The position numbers and the translations under genes were made by a program. A stretch of DNA of 62,730 bases, filler included, from Bonamia ostreae (Eukaryota): assembly GCA_040357525.1 (NCBI GenBank). It is 17 parts of 17 records of this genome, joined end to end, with 100 filler letters (N's around TTAATTAATTAA, not from the genome) between each part and the next. Parts side by side here need not be neighbours in the genome. Positions count along the whole stretch, not along the records: positions 26,076 to 29,676 come from JBDODL010000467.1; positions 29,777 to 33,370 come from JBDODL010000468.1; positions 33,471 to 37,064 come from JBDODL010000469.1; positions 37,165 to 40,741 come from JBDODL010000471.1; 13 more parts are not named here. One strand, 5' to 3'. This document shows, in pieces, positions 26,076 through 39,043 of this stretch. Below the pieces are notes generated by a model. That model was not told the DNA's origin. It saw only the letters and a list, made by a program, of their open reading frames with translations, and ran no database searches. Every line of letters begins with the position of its first letter. Positions within the stretch are counted from its first letter, which is position 1.

Positions 26076-27049
26076 GATGGCTGCCAAAGGACATCTCGAC
26101 GACCGTCCTGTCCGCGATCCCTTCTTTCTGCTCGATTTTTTTGGGGTCCCCAATGTCCCAGTCGTTCCCCGTAGCTACGCGGTTGCCGAGTAGCAGTATC
26201 GCGTTCGACTCTAAATTGTTTGGCCAAACTTGATAGAGCGAGAGCGTGGTTCCACCCGATCGCGACGGTCTTGATGTTTTCGGAGAGCAGATAGCGCGAC
26301 AGCTCGGGGGTCGAAACCTGGGGACTTCCGTTCTGCAGGAAGAGTTGGCCTGTGGATCAACTTCAAAACCCCATTTGTTGTTGCCGAAGCCGTACATATT
26401 GAAGGAAGACTCGGCGAGAGAGTCTTGGACCATCAAGTGGTTCTTTGTGCGCTCGTTTCTTCTGGACAGCACGGAGCTAAACTGGGTCACGCTCATTTCC
26501 GCCGAACTGGCTCCCGGAGTCGTCTCGCCCAGTTGCTTTCTGGCTTTGCTGGCGATTTTCTTCGTCAAACTCGACAAGTTGGACTAAACTTGAAGTTCAA
26601 ACGATGTCTCTGTTGCGGAAGAATATTCCCAAGACCTCCTTCCAGATATCGAAGTCGCTTTTGTTGCCGAAGTGGATGATCAGAGTTTTCTAGCAGTTCG
26701 GTCTACAAAACTTGTTTGTTGGAGCTGAACGCGTTTATTTTTTTGTTTGTAATTTTCGCTTTACCATTTTTAAGAAAACAGTATTTGATGAGGATTTGAT
26801 AAGGATAATCGGCGTTTGTTTTTCTGGTGGTGATATTGCCGAACGAGGAGAACAAAACTGAGTTGTTGGAATGGGGAAACTTGATCGTTGTTTGTGTTTG
26901 ATCGAATAAAAGAGGGTGATCGGGTTGTCTTCGAAGCGGAATAGCGTTGGTTTCAATTTGGATTTCTCTCCATCCGACGACATTAAGTTCGTTTCGCTGT
27001 AAAAAATCAGGTTAATGAGTACTGACTGCTCATTGCTGATTTTTGTCAT
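26076..27049 (-). CDS. PH-like plus RCC1-repeat protein (3' truncated)
   Basis: Spliced KTLIIHFGNKSDFDIWKEVL resembles a PH C-terminal helix; MYGFGNNKWG and VVEMSFGSH resemble RCC1 blades. Confidence 0.5.
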
Positions 27050-27199
27050 TCGATTAACAAAGTTTGGTAATGTTTTTCGATACTTCGTTTATCGGGATTT
27101 GTTAAGAGATATGTGTTTCTTTTTGTTTTTCTGTTGTTTTTGGTAATATGGGAAAATTTAATGTTTGTTATTTTAAAATTTGGAAAATTGATATTTTTC

Positions 27200-27510
27200 A
27201 AAATTTTGTTATTCTATTCCAAAACGACATTTTTTCGTCATTTCAAAATTTTGTTATTCCAAAACGACANNNNNNNNNNNNNNNNNNNNNNNNNNNNNNN
27301 NNNNNNNNNNNNNNNNNNNNNNNNNNNNNNNNNNNNNNNNNNNNNNNNNNNNNNNNNNNNNNNNNNNNNTATTCCAAAACGACATTTTTTCGTCATTTCA
27401 AAATTTTGTTATTCCAAAACGACATTTTTCGTCATTTCAAAATTTTTTATTCCAAAACGACATTTTTTCTTCATTTTAAAATTTTATTATTCCAAAACGA
27501 CATTTTTTCA
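27200..27510. repeat. 40-bp minisatellite spanning an N gap
   Basis: ttattccaaaacgacattttttcgtcatttcaaaattttg repeated. Confidence 0.88.
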
Positions 27511-28243
27511 AAATTTATGTTTTCGTCATTTTATTCAAAATTTTTGTAATTTTATTCATAATTTTGTGTTTTCGTCATTTTTAAAAATTTAGTTTTTAAT
27601 TTCGACGAAAATTTTTTTGTCATTTTTCTATTTGATTGAAACAATAAAATTTTTCAAAATTTTATCTGGAGATATTGTGTAGTTTATTAAAATTGAAATC
27701 GACAACTTTTTGCAATAATTACAAAAAAACAAATTAAAATTTTACGACAAATTTTTGTTCGTGTTTATTAAATTTTTGTAAATTTAAAATTCTACTAATA
27801 ATTTTCTTAAAGATACTCAAGTGATTTTATAAGTACTTTATTTTACGCTTTAATAAATATACTTTTTATATTTGTAAATATACTTTTGTCGAGATCGTCT
27901 TTTTTATTTTATTGTCAATTGCAAAAATCTTTTTACTTGTTTTTGGAAGATATCTTGCTTTGCTATTTTCTCGCATTGATTAGGACTGTCGTTGTTCATA
28001 CAAGAAATTCGCATTTTTATTTCTGCGATTATAAAATTTGTGGATATTTTTCAATAGTCGTTAATTTTAAATCGCCATTTATGTATGTACAGTTTAAAAT
28101 TTCGGTTCTGTAAGAAGGCTTCGTTTTCGAAGGTTATTAGATGTAAAAATTGTAAATTTTATATCAATAAAAACGGGATCTTTTTATTTTGGGCATTTTT
28201 ACGAATAAAAAAATGTTGTAAGATTTTAATACGTGTTTCTTCT

Positions 28244-29676
28244 TCATAGAAACGAATTGGATATGGAATTACTCAACATTAAGCCCGCAAAGACACCTGT
28301 TACAATAGACAAGTTTAACAAACTCGCGGAGACTTGAACTCTTTCGTTTTGTTTCGATTCATGAACGAGAAATTCCACTAGCTTGTTGCTCCTTGTCAAT
28401 TAAAAAATAAACATTAATCCAAACGAAAATGCAAAAAGTGCATAGAAGGCGCCGTTTAAGATATCTACTGTCAATGGATGAATGGGAATAAATTCCTTTA
28501 AAGAGAAAAAACTCAGTATTAACGGAATAGCGATTTCAAAACGAGCTGCAAAAAAACTTTAAGATTGTAAAAATGACCTCCAAATTGTTTTTTCGTTTAT
28601 CAATCGGTTGGTACACTCGAAATTAAACGAGTTTAATATCCTCGCAATAACTTCTGAAAAACCAAACATGAACATAAGTATATTCGGCCACATTTTTGAA
28701 AACGAGGACTGTGCTTGTAGGATAAAAGACGGATAGAATATAAAGGTCTGGAAAAACAAAACTTAAATTTGAAATAAAAACGAAAATTAAGCAGCAAAAG
28801 GATCCCCTTCTCTCTTAAAACGTCCAGATAAACAAAGAACAGTTTTTTCATTGATATTCCGCTTTCAATAACCAGACAAACGTCTGAAATATTTGACGAA
28901 AAAAATCAAAGTGGTTATGTGAACGGCACAAGACAATCCAAAATAACAAATCGATTGGAATTTTGGTTCAAGTTCGAGATTGGTAAACAACCAAATAAAA
29001 CTACCGAGTACCAATGCGCCAACAGAAAATCCGATGCAATAAAACTGAACTACCTTTGCCGAAAATTTTGCTGCGAATCTGTATACTTGGAATATTAAAC
29101 GAGAAGATAGCGATTTGTGCAATGCAGGTGCCGGCAAAGGAAAGCGCGTGAAAAACAACTTTTTTTATTAAAAAAAAACAGAGCAAATATGTGACAGAAA
29201 TGTGATCTTTGTAAAATGGGAGACTGCCTATGACTATAGAACATATAATTTGCAAAATCACGTTACAAACGAAAATCTTAGGTATTGAAATTTTCGACAT
29301 GATCTTTGGAGCGATAAACGCGATTAGAATGGAAGGAAGAAAAACCACATAGTTTAACCTCGAGTACATTTCTATCGATTTTAATTCTACCCAGATGTCT
29401 GAAACTTTTTCGGGATGAAAAGATAAACCTGACAGAATAAAAAAGTTTGTTGTGATAATTTGGAATCCGATCAACGCGAAAACAAAAGAGATTTGGATTA
29501 AGGAATAATCATTTATGACCTTTTTATACTTCAAACTTTTTATTTATGACCTTTGTTACCAATTAAACTTTATTGCGTGGGGAAAAGGTTCTTCGGAAGA
29601 ACCATGTTGTTCGTTCTTTTTCAGTTTTCCTCTGTTTTGTATTATCATAGCGATAATGTTCAGTGTGAGAAAAAAA
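28244..29676 (-). CDS. Equilibrative nucleoside transporter (ENT)-like membrane protein (5' truncated)
   Basis: About 11 hydrophobic segments over several exons, including FALIGFQIITTNFFI, TFIFYP, ARFEIAIPL, LFAFSFG and a terminal LSIVTGVFAGLMLS. Confidence 0.65.
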
Positions 29677-29780
29677 NNNNNNNNNNNNNNNNNNNNNNNN
29701 NNNNNNNNNNNNNNNNNNNNTTAATTAATTAANNNNNNNNNNNNNNNNNNNNNNNNNNNNNNNNNNNNNNNNNNNNTAAT

Positions 29781-29891
29781 TAAAGATTTAATCAAATCTT
29801 TTTATTCAATAAGATTTAAATCTCTTTATTTAAAATCAAAGATCGACATAACTTCGAAAACGAAGCGTCGAAAGATTTGATTAAATCTTTA
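29781..29891. mobile_element. Candidate MITE-like element with 21-bp terminal inverted repeats
   Basis: taaagatttaatcaaatcttt (29781-29801) is the exact reverse complement of aaagatttgattaaatcttta (29871-29891). Internal CTTCG-AAAA-CGAAG hairpin; partial copies on other contigs. Confidence 0.5.
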
Positions 29892-30081
29892 TCGACTAAA
29901 AAATCTCTAAACCGCATTTCTATTTTTTGCGATTGACCGTTTTTGGACTTATCCAATAAAATTACAAATTGCCGATTTTAAAGCTCCGTTGGAAACTAAA
30001 ATATTAAAAACTAAATTAGAAATTCAACAATCGCATCTAAACTTTCCAATTATAACAATTCTTGTTAATCTAAATACAAAA

Positions 30082-33000
30082 ATGAGCACTGAATTTTCCG
30101 TTAAAAATAAAAATTTGTATGAGATATTGACAAATACTCCTGCTCCCAATCAAACTTTTCAAAAATTCTTATCAGAAATCATTCTACAGAAAAGAAAAAC
30201 TAGTTGGGATGTGATGGACTTCAACGTGAGTTTTTTCGGTAAATACTTTGAATTTCTGAATCTCTATTCAAACTCTGTAATCGTCAACACAGCTTTCGAA
30301 TTTTTATCGCAGGTGGAATATTTGTTCTGTCTCTTTGGTGGTTTTATTAAATATCTCAGAAACAAAAACCGAATCCGAAGTTCCATGTAACAGTTTTAAG
30401 TTTGTTCTGCATTCAAACAGTGCTCTCGAGTCAGTCCGAGTATCTTTTATCAACGGCTTCCTTTCCAATGTTGAATGCAGTTGTCTGTGCACAAATATGG
30501 ATTATTGTGTTCATGCGATATCAGTCCTAATTTCGCTCTTGCCCGAAATAAAACTAAACGTCAATGGCAAAATTACCAAAATAAAAGAATTGGCAAAAAT
30601 GAACAAAATTGGCGACATCAAAATTAAAGAAATAAAAATATCAGAATTTTTGGCCAACTCAAGTGAAAAGGTTGTTTTCGTCGAAGAATCACAATTTCAG
30701 AATTTGTTCTCGAATAGGACAAACCGAAAAGTGTACACCGACGAAGGCTGTGAATTGTTAAATTTACTGGAATCGGCAAAATCTCCAAAAACAAAAATGT
30801 TCAAAAACTTCAGCGGATTAAAACGCGTCTTCGAGAAGAACAAGAAAAGACTTTCTGATTTAGTGCGTGAAGACATTCCAGTTATGTTCACGTTTAAAGA
30901 AACTTTGCTGGCAATTCCATCTAAAACTCCTGTAGCACCGAATAAGAAAAAATTCGAACAACAGAGAGTCACTAGATCGAGAATAAAAGCGACAGCGAAA
31001 GAAGAGCAAATTATAGTTTTAGACGATCAAGAAACGCCGGAAATAAATAAAAATTTGTTCGCTGCGCGAAAATCTCGCGATAAAATATCGAAAAAAATGG
31101 CGTTGGCTTATTTCAAAAAAACGCTATCGGCGATTTTGATTTACAAAGACAAAGAGAACTTTTCCGAAAAGCGGAAAATTGTGGATGCGCCAGAACATAA
31201 ATTAAAAATGGCAAAAATATCCGGGAGAGAAAGACAAAAAACATTAATCGCAAGCAAAATCAATATCAGTGAATTGATCGAAGAATGCGATAAAACCAGA
31301 TTTGGTTATTCCAAAGATTGCTGTGGCTGCAAATGCCACAAGATTTTGGTTCATTTGGAAATAAATGGCAGAGACATCAGTTGCCGCTTTTGCGCAGAAT
31401 CGCACAAGAACGAGTGTTTCATCTTCAGATTTGTGTTGACTTGTTTGTTCAAAGTTTTTAAGACATTAATTTTCGGATTTTGTTAAAATTTTTGGAAACT
31501 TTGATTATTTTGCAGTTTTTCGTTTTTTCTAAAATGCCTAATTTGGCAATTTGGGAATGTGTCTACTATTTGCTAATATTTTTAAACAACATCGCTATTT
31601 AAAACCAGCGCTTCTGATATTTTTAATCGATCTTTAATTAAATGAACGTAAAACAATTCTTTACAACTATTTTTATTTCAATGGATAATAAAGAGAATAC
31701 AAAAACATATCGAATCATCGTCTAGGAACTTTTACGAAACACAAAATGTACTCTGTTTGTTTATCAACTTCTCAAACATGATTTTTCTCGTCAAAGAGCA
31801 TATGATTAAATACAAGCTTTTGACTAGAACAGTCAAAAAGGTAAATTACAATTAAAATTAAGGATACTTCTAAACTTGTCGAAAAAATATTTTCTTTGTT
31901 CTTTCTTTCTTTCAACATCGATGTCAGTTTTTTTTTCTTGAAAAAAGCGCTCATTTTTAAATTTCGCTCAATTTTGAATTTAATTATTTAAAATCCACAA
32001 AAAAAGCACTCATTTTTAAATTTAACAATTTAAGGCGATTTCATTGATTTAAAGACTTTACATCGTGCATGGAAAGAATTTTTAGGCGAAGAAAAACTGG
32101 TTTTGCCCGAGGAAGGTTGGTTCGGGAAAAAAATCGAACGCGTTTTGGCCAGAAAAACATTCTCCATCGAAGAACCCCCTAAAATTTACAAACAAAGAAT
32201 AAGAGCCCTCGTCGCGCAAAACAGAGTCGTCGACGCTCTTGTCTATTCATGCGCTGTCAACGACATTTAGTTTTTCCGAATTAATAAAAGTTGCGCTGCA
32301 AAATGTTTGGCGCTTTTGGGGCGAATCGCGGAAGCACAAAAATGCCTTTTGGCTTTGCCCAATTTGCACAAAGACGACACAATCGATTTCACAAAACTGT
32401 TTTTCGCGCACGACCCAAAAACCGCTCTAAAATTTTATTCTCTTCGCCGAGTTGGCTCCAAACAGCCGCCATTGCAAGTTTCGGAAATCGAATGGCTCTG
32501 CAAAAGCTGCACTGAGAGCAAAGCCAAGAATGGCTTCGAAAAAGATGTGATCGCTTTGATAAAAGAACTTTGCGCGTCTTTGCCGCCGACGAAAGCGGCG
32601 GATTTGAAGCAAATCGCCGCAAAACTGCGAAAATTCAATTTCAGCGCGGTCGAAATTGCCATCGAACAGAGTTTTAGGAAAGACAGAAAAAGCGAAGAAA
32701 GAGATTCTGTCTGGCTCATCGAACTGATCCTAAATTACGGCGCCGACGCAAAGAACATCGAGTCGTTCATAAAAAACTTCGAATTGGTCTCCGATTACGA
32801 CGTCAGTTTCGCCGCGAAAACGACAAGAATATGCGAAATGTTCGTGGCGAAAGAAGTTTTTTGGGCGGCCGAAAAACTGGGAATATGTTTTCTCCGACTG
32901 TATTCGAAGCACTTCCAGCGACAAAACAAGAAAAGCGCTATTGCCTACAACAACTATCTTCGGAGCGATCACAAAGATTTGGTCGGAAGTGTAGTCGGTT

Positions 33001-33170
33001 ACATGTTCAAAAACGGAAAACGGGACAACGTTGGAGAAAGCGACGGTGCGGATATCGAAGATTTGGGGCAACGGCTGAAGAAGTTTTTGGAATTGGTCTT
33101 TGTGATCAAAATTCCAGATTTGTTGTTTGCGGTTTTTATTGTGGTTTGGAAGATTAAATTTTCGAGGTAA
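30082..33170 (+). CDS. SWIM zinc-finger protein (ZSWIM4-8-like) with helical C-terminal region, multi-exon; 3' end approximate
   Basis: VRVSFINGFLSNVECSCLCTNMDYCVHAISVL matches SWIM CxC-xn-CxH with the preceding strand seen in ZSWIM proteins. Exons continue through 31500-33170. Confidence 0.65.
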
Positions 33171-33528
33171 TGTCTGATGATTAGATTGAACAGATAGGCG
33201 ATGTTCGTTGGCATTGCAAATGAGAATATTATAAAATGAAGACTTTTGTCTGATGATGTTTTCAGATACTTTTTATTGCAATGTCGATGAAATGACCGCA
33301 AATCACACAACCAGTTTTGCTGGATATGAAGACATTTTTGTCGACTTTTTGATAATTGGCATTTTTTAAANNNNNNNNNNNNNNNNNNNNNNNNNNNNNN
33401 NNNNNNNNNNNNNNTTAATTAATTAANNNNNNNNNNNNNNNNNNNNNNNNNNNNNNNNNNNNNNNNNNNNTTGTAAAAGCTATTGTTTTTAAGAACGTTA
33501 AATTTCCGTAATCAAATTATTTGCAGAA

Positions 33529-35023
33529 ATGGAAGAAAACAGATTAAAAAGTTTTCAAAAATCATAAAAAAAAGATTTAGAAGTGGGTGACAGAGTGACG
33601 CTAAACATAAAATCGGCTGCAATAGGAGAGGGAACGGTTTTAGATTCTAATTTCAATTCTTATTACGTTTTGGTACAATGGGATAACGAAAATTATAACA
33701 GTGATGTAACAAATTTGCTATCCCTGGAAGAAAATCTTAATTCTTCAATGTATCGAAAGCGAGTTTTGGGCGCAGCAGTACCAAAAAGCAAAATCGTTTT
33801 GTCGAATGACAAAGATGTTAAAAAAATGAAAAAGAAAATGCAACTTGGAGGTAGAAGTCATTATAACAAAAGAGAAAATATTAAATCACTGATGAAGAAC
33901 TTTGAAAAACTGAAAACGACCAACTTTTATAAAAATGGGAAAAGGAACGAGTTTTCTTTGGATATATTTTCTCCCGAAGAGTGTTTAAGAGAAGGTGAGA
34001 TTAAAAGGGATTTAAGAAATAAAAGTTTCAAAAAGGAAAGGGCAAATAAAAGCAAATTTCCAAAAACGAAAAAAATAGATTTATCGAAAAAACAAAAATC
34101 ACACACAAAAATTAGAAAAAGAGGATTGTCTCCTCAAACCGCTCCACTTATGGAACACGATGCTTTCGACACTATTCTTATCGAAGAAGAAAAGGTTTGC
34201 CATTCAAATGTAGTCAGTTTTAAACATTGTTACTATTAATTTCAAAGTTACTTTTGTTAAATTGATTGTAGCAATCTCTTCCATAATATTAAAGCCAAAA
34301 TGCCTCGAAGGCCATGTAATGGTTAGGAAGCAATCGGATATGTATGAAGGTGATGGAGTACAGTGTGATGAATGCAGAAAAATCAACATTCATTTAAGTT
34401 CCAGTGGTTTTTATCATTGTGACAACTGCGGAGGAGTTGATCTCTGTGACGAGTGTGCCGAGAAAAACTCAATTCGAGAAAGTTCAAAATCAAGTTTTCA
34501 GTCGAAAAACAGGTTTGAGAGCAGTGAAGTTTTGACTGAGCCAAGTGAAATTTTGCCGGAAGAGTCGATTAACTTGGGAGTTGAAGAGCGCAAAACAGAG
34601 TTGAAAGAGATGCCGTCTTTTTGGTATCTTTTGTTTGGTGAAAAATGGATCAATGATAGAAGCGTTTTCAATGAAACAAATCATCAGAAGACAAAAACCG
34701 AAAAGAGTATAAAAGAAAACTCGGACAAAGTGCACTTTGATTTAATAGAAAAGGTCAAAGAAAATCCCGAAAAAGCAAAGGAATACTACTTTAATTTAAT
34801 TTATAGTGGAACGATGCCGAATTCCTTTACGTACTTTATATTGTTTGATGCATGTTGCAAAGGTTGCGGTAACAGTGAGTTTGTGCACGAACTGGTGCTT
34901 CATATGAAAATTTTGGGAGTTGTACCGAATAAAAGAACTGTGAAAGCACTATTAAAAAATTTTGTAGGAGAAGCGAATTCGATTTGGAAGAATAGGTACC
35001 AAGATATGTTTAGTGCCGTGTAA
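33529..35023 (+). CDS. Protein with ZZ-like zinc finger and C-terminal PPR motif
   Basis: VQCDECRK...FYHCDNCGGVDLCDEC (ZZ-like) and PNSFTYFILFDACCK...MKILGVVPNKRTVKALL (PPR). Confidence 0.7.
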
Positions 35024-35152
35024 ATTTGTGTTTCATTTTTGTCGGTAAAATTGATTTTAACAAAATATTTTAAATTATTGCCATTAATTTTCAATTTTCA
35101 ATTAATAAAAATTTAACAAAACCGAAAAAGATTAGTCTAATTTTATTTTAAA

Positions 35153-36041
35153 ATGGACAATTTTGTACAAACCGAGAATGCCGATTCAGATGACAAATCT
35201 GCAAAATTTGATACCCTTAAAGCAAGGAAAAAAGTTGTAACAGAAAAGGCAAATGTTTAAATTTCAAATATTAATAATAATTAAGGCAAATATCAAGGAA
35301 ACAAAACGTGGTTTGACCAATCTCGCTCCATATTTTGTTTTTATTTAAAAATGGAAATATTGCTTACAGAAAACTTTAATTAATTGTAAAATTACAACAT
35401 TCCTTTATTAAAAAGAGTCAAATGATTGACCTTTTGGAATCGTCAGGAGAAGTCTTGGAACTTCAACTTGTTTTTTAATACAAAAATACAAAAAAACAAA
35501 GAAAGAAATGAAAGAAACCGAAAAAGACATTGAAAGTTTAATGTCACAGAGAGAAAATCTAATCAAAAAACTTGTTTTTATTTGCAGCAACAATTTTTTA
35601 AAAAGGGAACTATCGAAAAGGAAATCGATTCTAGTCAAAACGATTTTATGGAACAAATACAGAATTATCGTCAACGTACTCAAGATATCAACACTTTACA
35701 AGTTTTTTTATTTAAAACACTCTAACAATCGATCTTAGAATTTTTATAATAAAAAAAACGATTTTAATATTTTTATAAAAATTTTTGATGAAAATATTTT
35801 AAAGTCAAAAGTTGAAGAAATAATAGAAGAAGTGAAAACAAAATTAGTGTTACCAGACGAAATATTAACGGATTGCTTAACAACAACAATAAACGACAAA
35901 TCTACAACGTCGACAAATAATGAATACTCGACAGATGACAGTAGTCACGTTTGCGAAAACTGTTCAGAAAAAATTTTTAGTTGTGCAAATAACGAATCCA
36001 AAAAATGTTTCCAAAGTAGTTCGACATACACAAATTGTTAA
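35153..36041 (+). CDS. Hypothetical coiled-coil protein, multi-exon
   Basis: Short GT-AG-bounded exons such as KEMKETEKDIESLMSQRENLIKKL; no family recognised. Confidence 0.35.
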
Positions 36042-36507
36042 TTTTTTTCAATGAATATTAAATTTTAACTAATTGAATAATTGTGGACCAAATATTAAAA
36101 ATTTTTAATGTGCTTGGTCATCTTATTGACATCTTTTGTGGCAGTTGTTTCTTACGCAGTATATAGATTTATAAGATTTTTTCAACGAAATGATCAACCT
36201 GATAATGTCGTCTCCAAAACTAATTAAATCTATTGAACTTTTTTATTTTGCTAAGAATTTTTAATAATTTGAAATTTGGGGCTCACGATCCCGAACTGAC
36301 ATTGCTTCAACGCAGAATTGTCGCCCAAATTAATTTTTTAACAAAGAGATTAAAATTGCTATTTACGTTCCGCTTTTTTTTATCAAAGAGATTAAAATTA
36401 GAGGCGGATGCTTTATTTTCGAAGATTTGTCGTTTTTGGAATTTATCCATTTTAAAATGGCTTTTATTATTGACATGTTTTTAATTATCATTTTGCGATT
36501 TTAAAAA

Positions 36508-37064
36508 TTATTTTACTTTAAACAAATTCCTAATAAAAGTCCCTGATCCGTTCGTAATTTTTTTGATGGCATATTCGATGTCTTTCGATTGCATCAAAAT
36601 TTCCAAATAATGACCGATTTCTTTGTGCAGATTTATTAATTCGGTGTTTGTTAACAAGATTCCAATTTTTTCCAAAAAATTGAGTCCTTTTTGGTCTTCA
36701 CAAATTTCTAAAAAATTTTGGAAAATTGCTTTAAGAATGTTTTTTCTGAAATCTTTGTTTGTTTTAATCATCGTCTAAATTATAATTAAAAACTGATAAC
36801 GGTATATAAAAATAGTCGATTTTCGAAAATTTTACGATGTCTTTTTCTAAAGTTTTTAAAATTTTATCGTCTATTCCATTTATTTCAATCATTTTCTTTT
36901 TTTTTGTTTTTGGAAATGATCAAAATTTATTAAACATAAAGAAAAAAATAATGAAAAAATTTGGTAATAAAAAATAACGGATAAAAGTTTTGAGGACTTT
37001 TGATTTCGCAATACATCTTCGCCATTAACTTCAAAACTCTTGTTTATGTATTCACTCATTTGCG
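36508..37064 (-). CDS. Hypothetical protein, 3' fragment
   Basis: 87-aa terminal exon plus short upstream exons reaching the contig edge. Confidence 0.35.
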
Positions 37065-37164
37065 NNNNNNNNNNNNNNNNNNNNNNNNNNNNNNNNNNNN
37101 NNNNNNNNTTAATTAATTAANNNNNNNNNNNNNNNNNNNNNNNNNNNNNNNNNNNNNNNNNNNN

Positions 37165-38906
37165 CCTGAAAAGATAGCAGTTTTTGTTCGAAAGAGAATC
37201 GAAAATGTTTACGTTTCTCATATTAAAAATAACACTTCCATTTCGTTCAGCAACATAAACCCAAACAAAAATGACAATACTTTTCTCTGTATCAATGGTG
37301 AATTGATATCTTTGCAACCACAAAATGAGTGTTTTGACACGATTGACAGCAATTTTGTAATTCAAACTGATTCTAAAACTAACAGAAAATTTGCTTTGTG
37401 CAACAATCCAGATTTTAAACTTAGTGTGGCGAATATTTTTATCACAAAGATATTCGTTTTTTGCGAAGATTTTGTTACAAAAGTGATTTGGAACGGCGAA
37501 AAAGTAGATTTCAACAATTTTTTCGAATGCCAAGACGCAGAAAATGCCTTTTATGTTACAGAATCTCCTTTGATATTAGCAAAAAATTTGATTGATGACG
37601 AATTAATTATACCTAACACGGAAAACTACGTTTTATTTGGTTTCAATGTTGGTAATAATAAACTTCCTTACTTCGAGGCAATTTGTAAAAAATCGGGTTA
37701 CAAATTTAATGTGCGTAAATTTGATGGAAATTTTATTTTTCAAAATGACTTTATTCGAGATTTGCCTTTTGGTCAAACAAAAATTACAGATAACGTTGTA
37801 AATAAAATATGCCCCAAATATTGCGATTTAAGTAATTTTGGCGATATTACAAATTTTAATATTTTTGATGGCGAATACAAATTTTTTAAATGTAAACGAA
37901 AATTTGTTGTGATTGACAACAAAGAGTACTTTGTGTCTGTTGTACTAAGATGCAACAAGAAAAAACTATTTGTTGACAGCGATTATGAAGAAAACAATCC
38001 AATTCGCAGTATAAAATGCCTTGATTTTGAAGACTTTGATAATAAGAATTTAGAAATGATATCAGAATATGCCGAGAAAGAGACGATTAAAGTAGATGTT
38101 ACAAATAGATTTTTTAAAATAAGATGTAAGTCAAACAACGCTGTAACTTTTAAGTATCTTTTATATGCTGACAACAACGTTAATCACAAATTACAAAAAA
38201 TTTGTGGAGGTTTTAAAATTTGTGACATTTTTAAACTTGTTTCATTGTAGCAATATTTAATGATTTTTCGAAAGGATGCATAAATGACGACTTAAGAAAT
38301 AAATTTTTGCTCAAAAGCGATTCGTCTTGGAAGCCAAATAACATGGCCATATTGAGACCAGGTGAAAATTTAATTTTCTGTAGAGACCCTTTGAAATGGA
38401 TCAGCTTCGGCAAATTTCTACGTGAAAGTTCAGTTTTAAACTGTTTTTATCCAAATAAAATCGATCCTCCTTTCCTTGAATGCGAAAAAATAGAAAATTC
38501 GTGTAGTTTGTCGAATTTAAAGGTGAGAAAAATTAAGATTATGGCAAAAATAAACAAAAACGAAGAAGTTTTTGAAAGTATTGGAGTCAATCTTAACGAT
38601 TATCAAATTCTTCAAAATTTAAACTCAGTTTTAATTCGTTGTGCAAACTCAAACGAAATTGAAGTGATGTGTAAAAACGGAAGTTTTTACGAAAAGAATG
38701 GAAAATTGATTGAACTAAACCAATTTTGTGAAAGTGGTGACAACAACGTTTTATTGCTAGAAAATGAAAATTATGAAAATCCCAAATTTAATTACGAGAT
38801 TTCTTCAGAAAACAAAATAGTTTTTAGTAAAGAACTGTCGTTTTCGGGAGCCATCCATGAAGGTTTTGCATTGTTGGGATATTTGATATTATTGTGTGCC
38901 CAGTAA
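37165..38906 (+). CDS. Putative surface protein with spaced cysteines and hydrophobic C-terminus (5' truncated)
   Basis: Open from the contig start with one intron (38211-38250). Ends in SFSGAIHEGFALLGYLILLCAQ*, a GPI-signal-like tail. Confidence 0.65.
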
Positions 38907-39043
38907 ACTGCTAAAATTCAATGTTTTGTAAAAATTTTTACAAACAGACTTTTAAAACATAAAAACGTCAAAAATATTTTTAAAAAATCTTTTTTGTGAA
39001 AAAAAACCGATATTATTTACTAATTCAGAAAAAACTCGCAAAA

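Noticed and set aside
26076-26700. GC-rich stretch as contaminant or HGT
   Set aside because: It contains the same short GT-AG introns, and similar GC-rich exons occur in the helicase and eIF5 genes.
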